Assembly: GCA_964474825.1 (NCBI GenBank)
Contig: CAYYWQ010000001.1
Coordinates: 964,048-1,028,047, forward strand
Direction of reading: 5' to 3'
Source: an uncultured Candidatus Saccharibacteria bacterium
Lineage (GTDB): Bacteria > Patescibacteriota > Doudnabacteria > UBA920
Length of the DNA stretch: 64,000 nucleotides
The notes below the pieces were generated by a model, which had not been told where the DNA came from, made no database searches, and saw only the letters and a program-made list of their open reading frames with translations. A program made the translations under genes and the position numbers. Below, piece by piece: positions 62,160-64,000 of this stretch; positions within the stretch are counted from its first letter, which is position 1, and the number at the start of each line of letters is the position of its first letter.

Positions 62160-62244
62160 GGGCCGTGGTATACTATCTTTACTTCTGAAACTCAGAAGAC
62201 TAAGCAACCAATAAAGTTCCCGAGAGGAACTAAGGAGAAAAAAT

Positions 62245-62367
62245 ATGTTTTTTGACGACACAGCCATGGGCGGCGCGCCAGTCGACCCAACAATGCCAGA
62301 CGAAGAAGTAAAAGAAGGTGAAGGCGAAACAGAAAAAACAGGCGAAGACGCCGGCACCGAAGCCTAG
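62245..62367 (+). CDS. Small acidic peptide (40 aa) not in ORF track
   Basis: ATG at 62245 with SD AAGGAG 7 nt upstream. Encodes MFFDDTAMGGAPVDPTMPDEEVKEGEGETEKTGEDAGTEA. A strong hairpin terminator (AAAAAACCCTCCCAA-TTTT-TGGGAGGGTTTTTTT) follows at 62377..62413. Confidence 0.45.
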   Translation: MFFDDTAMGGAPVDPTMPDEEVKEGEGETEKTGEDAGTEA

Positions 62368-62397
62368 AGCCATTTAAAAAAACCCTCCCAATTTTTG

Positions 62398-62460
62398 GGA
62401 GGGTTTTTTTATTAGCGACGTAGGTGAGTCTATCCCGCTTGCGGGATAAGCGAGCCTAAG
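62398..62460. repeat. Conserved ~62-nt element (copy 2 of 2; inverted relative to 31976..32036)
   Basis: TTATTAGCGACGTAGGTGAGTCTATCCCGCTTGCGGGATAAGCGAGCCTAAGGAGTCTTAAT. Confidence 0.6.
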
Positions 62461-62514
62461 GAGTCTTAATACAGGTTCAATACCTCGTGGCTTGCGGTGG
62501 GGAACCTTTATTTA

Positions 62515-63678
62515 CTAAACTGCTTTTATTTTTTTATATTTTCTTCCTATGCGGATTAACACCGGTTCACTGCTAACTTCAATTTTTATATCGTCACTTA
62601 ACCTAACGCCGTCAACATCTACCCCGCCCTGAGCAATTAATCTTCGAACTTCTGATTTACTAACACCAAAAACCAAGGCGGCAATTCCTGAAATCGATTG
62701 CAGTCCGGCACCAACCTCTTGTACTTCTACGTCTGCCGGGACTTCGCCTTTACGGAATTGGTTAACAAAATTGTCTTTAGCCTCCGCGGCTTTAACGCCT
62801 CCGTGGTACAACTTAGTAATTTCTTCGGCCAAAATTACTTTTTGGTCGCGGGGGTTGGGAAGCTGCAAAATTTCGTCTATTTTTTCAAGCGGCACTCTGG
62901 TTGCCAGAACAAAATATTTTTTTATAAGCCCGTCGCCAATGGACATGACTTTACCAAACATGTCATTAGGTTCATCTAAAAGGTTAATAACATTCCCCCA
63001 AGAAGAAGACATTTTCCGTCCGTCTGTGCCTTCCATAAGCGGCGTCATTAAAATGTCCTGTGCTGGTTGTTTATACTGAGGCTGAATAACACGCCCGGCC
63101 AATAAATTAAACCTTTGGTCTGTGCCGCCAAGTTCTATATCGGCCTTAATGGCAACGGAATCATAACCCTGCATTATTGGGTATAACAACTCCCTTAAAG
63201 AAACCCTTTTGCCGGCCTTAAGCCTTTTGCTAATGTTTTCCCGAGCCTCAAACTCATGGAGGCCAAATAAATCCGTCATTTCCGCTATTTCTTTAAAGCC
63301 AAGTTTCTTAAGCCATTTTGAATTATAATGGATCTCTGTTTTCTTTTTGTCTAAAATTTTAAAGGCCTGGTCAGCGTAAGTTTTCATGTTGGCCTTAAGT
63401 ACTTTTTCGGCCATCATTGGCCTTTCCGCGTCCTTGTCCGAAGTGTCGCCAACAAGCCCGGTAAAGTCGCCAACAATCAAAACCGCCTTATGACCCAGCT
63501 CCTGAAACTGCCTAAGTTTCCACAACACCACAGCCCGGCCAATATGTAAATTTGGGGAAGTAGGGTCAATGCCTAACTTAACGCGCAGCTTTTTTTTGCC
63601 GCGCAGCTTTTGTTCTAAGCTGACTTTATTTATAACCTCGTCTACACCGCGGGTTAAAAGTTCTTCAATTGGATTCAT
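62515..63678 (-). CDS. tyrS: Tyrosine--tRNA ligase
   Basis: Class I synthetase with an LHIG HIGH-like motif, KMSSS (KMSKS-type) motif and a C-terminal S4 domain. N-terminus RGVDEVI...LKLGIDPTSPNLHIGRAVVL. Confidence 0.9.
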   Translation of the reverse strand: MNPIEELLTRGVDEVINKVSLEQKLRGKKKLRVKLGIDPTSPNLHIGRAVVLWKLRQFQELGHKAVLIVGDFTGLVGDTSDKDAERPMMAEKVLKANMKTYADQAFKILDKKKTEIHYNSKWLKKLGFKEIAEMTDLFGLHEFEARENISKRLKAGKRVSLRELLYPIMQGYDSVAIKADIELGGTDQRFNLLAGRVIQPQYKQPAQDILMTPLMEGTDGRKMSSSWGNVINLLDEPNDMFGKVMSIGDGLIKKYFVLATRVPLEKIDEILQLPNPRDQKVILAEEITKLYHGGVKAAEAKDNFVNQFRKGEVPADVEVQEVGAGLQSISGIAALVFGVSKSEVRRLIAQGGVDVDGVRLSDDIKIEVSSEPVLIRIGRKYKKIKAV

Positions 63679-64000
63679 GATATATTGTTTTAATTAACTA
63701 TATAATAGCACTTTTTTACCTATTAAAGAATTTGAAGGTACTACTCTCAAAACCTGTGTTTACATGCATAGAAATATTCTTTTTTTCTTGTGATTTTAAT
63801 TGTTTATTAATTTGTCTTTTCTGTACTGAAATTAAATTCTCGACTTGCTTTGGTGACTTCTTTACAAATTCCTTTAAGCTTTTATTAACAGACAGCAACA
63901 AGCCGCCATTGTCCTCAAAAACAAATTCCTTACGCAACCAGTCTGGAGAACTAATGACAGAATGAACACAAAACTCAAACAAAAAATTAGAAGCCGGGGC

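Noticed and set aside
62398-62514. A T-box leader for tyrS was considered, because a conserved structured element lies next to tyrS.
   Set aside because: The element is downstream of the tyrS stop, not upstream of its start. A second copy sits in front of rbfA. No specifier-loop or T-box sequence was seen.
1-64000. CRISPR arrays, rRNA genes, transposases, integrases and restriction-modification genes were looked for.
   Set aside because: No regularly spaced direct repeats with unique spacers, no rRNA-like sequence, and no recognisable transposase, integrase or methyltransferase motifs were seen. The tandem heptamer elements are too short and irregular to be CRISPR.

Overview
This is a low-GC (roughly 35-40%) bacterial chromosomal window, densely coded and mostly on the minus strand. 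Gene content and architecture suggest a Patescibacteria/CPR-like organism; this is my inference from the sequence, not a database result. Evidence includes unusual fusions (XRE-HTH fused to MurA, a membrane-anchored MurF), TrbC/VirB2-like small proteins, orphan LivK-type binding proteins, and a short RecA.

Housekeeping genes I recognise: a partial DnaQ-like exonuclease gene, recA, a rodZ-like gene, ftsK, hsp20, an aspartase/malic-enzyme pair, ddl-murF, an ABC importer pair, an HTH-murA fusion, bactofilin, infB-rbfA-nrnA, pyrD-pyrF-pyrE-prs, an arginine-decarboxylase-like gene, rpsA, gyrA, rsmI-yebC-ruvC and tyrS.

There are 12 tRNA genes. One, tRNA-Phe(GAA), is interrupted after U33 by a ~231-nt group I intron that has an Azoarcus-like core. 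A possible homing-endonuclease-like ORF lies just downstream of it. Several tRNAs are flanked by a conserved structured repeat family: a ~130-nt element that starts right after CCA, and a short motif GTCCCGAGCG...GTCGAGGGGCAA present in five copies.

The most unusual region is 52.1-58.5 kb. It is a mosaic of GC-rich (~50-57%) islands within AT-rich DNA. The islands carry an OMP-like beta-barrel gene and two paralogous B12-binding radical-SAM enzymes. Each radical-SAM gene is convergent with a TrmB-family regulator paralog, and three TrmB paralogs lie in a row. The modules share near-identical terminator hairpins and palindromic operator-like motifs (AGCTAATTTAGC, ATTGTCAAT). A small membrane protein is translationally coupled (ATGA overlap) to the second radical-SAM gene.

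Other observations are several dispersed repeat families (GC-rich palindromic elements, CTGTAG repeats, and heptamer-tandem palindromic terminator-like elements), a tRNA-Ile with a UAU anticodon, and a CofE-like/RibD_C-like gene pair. I found no rRNA, CRISPR array or obvious transposase.
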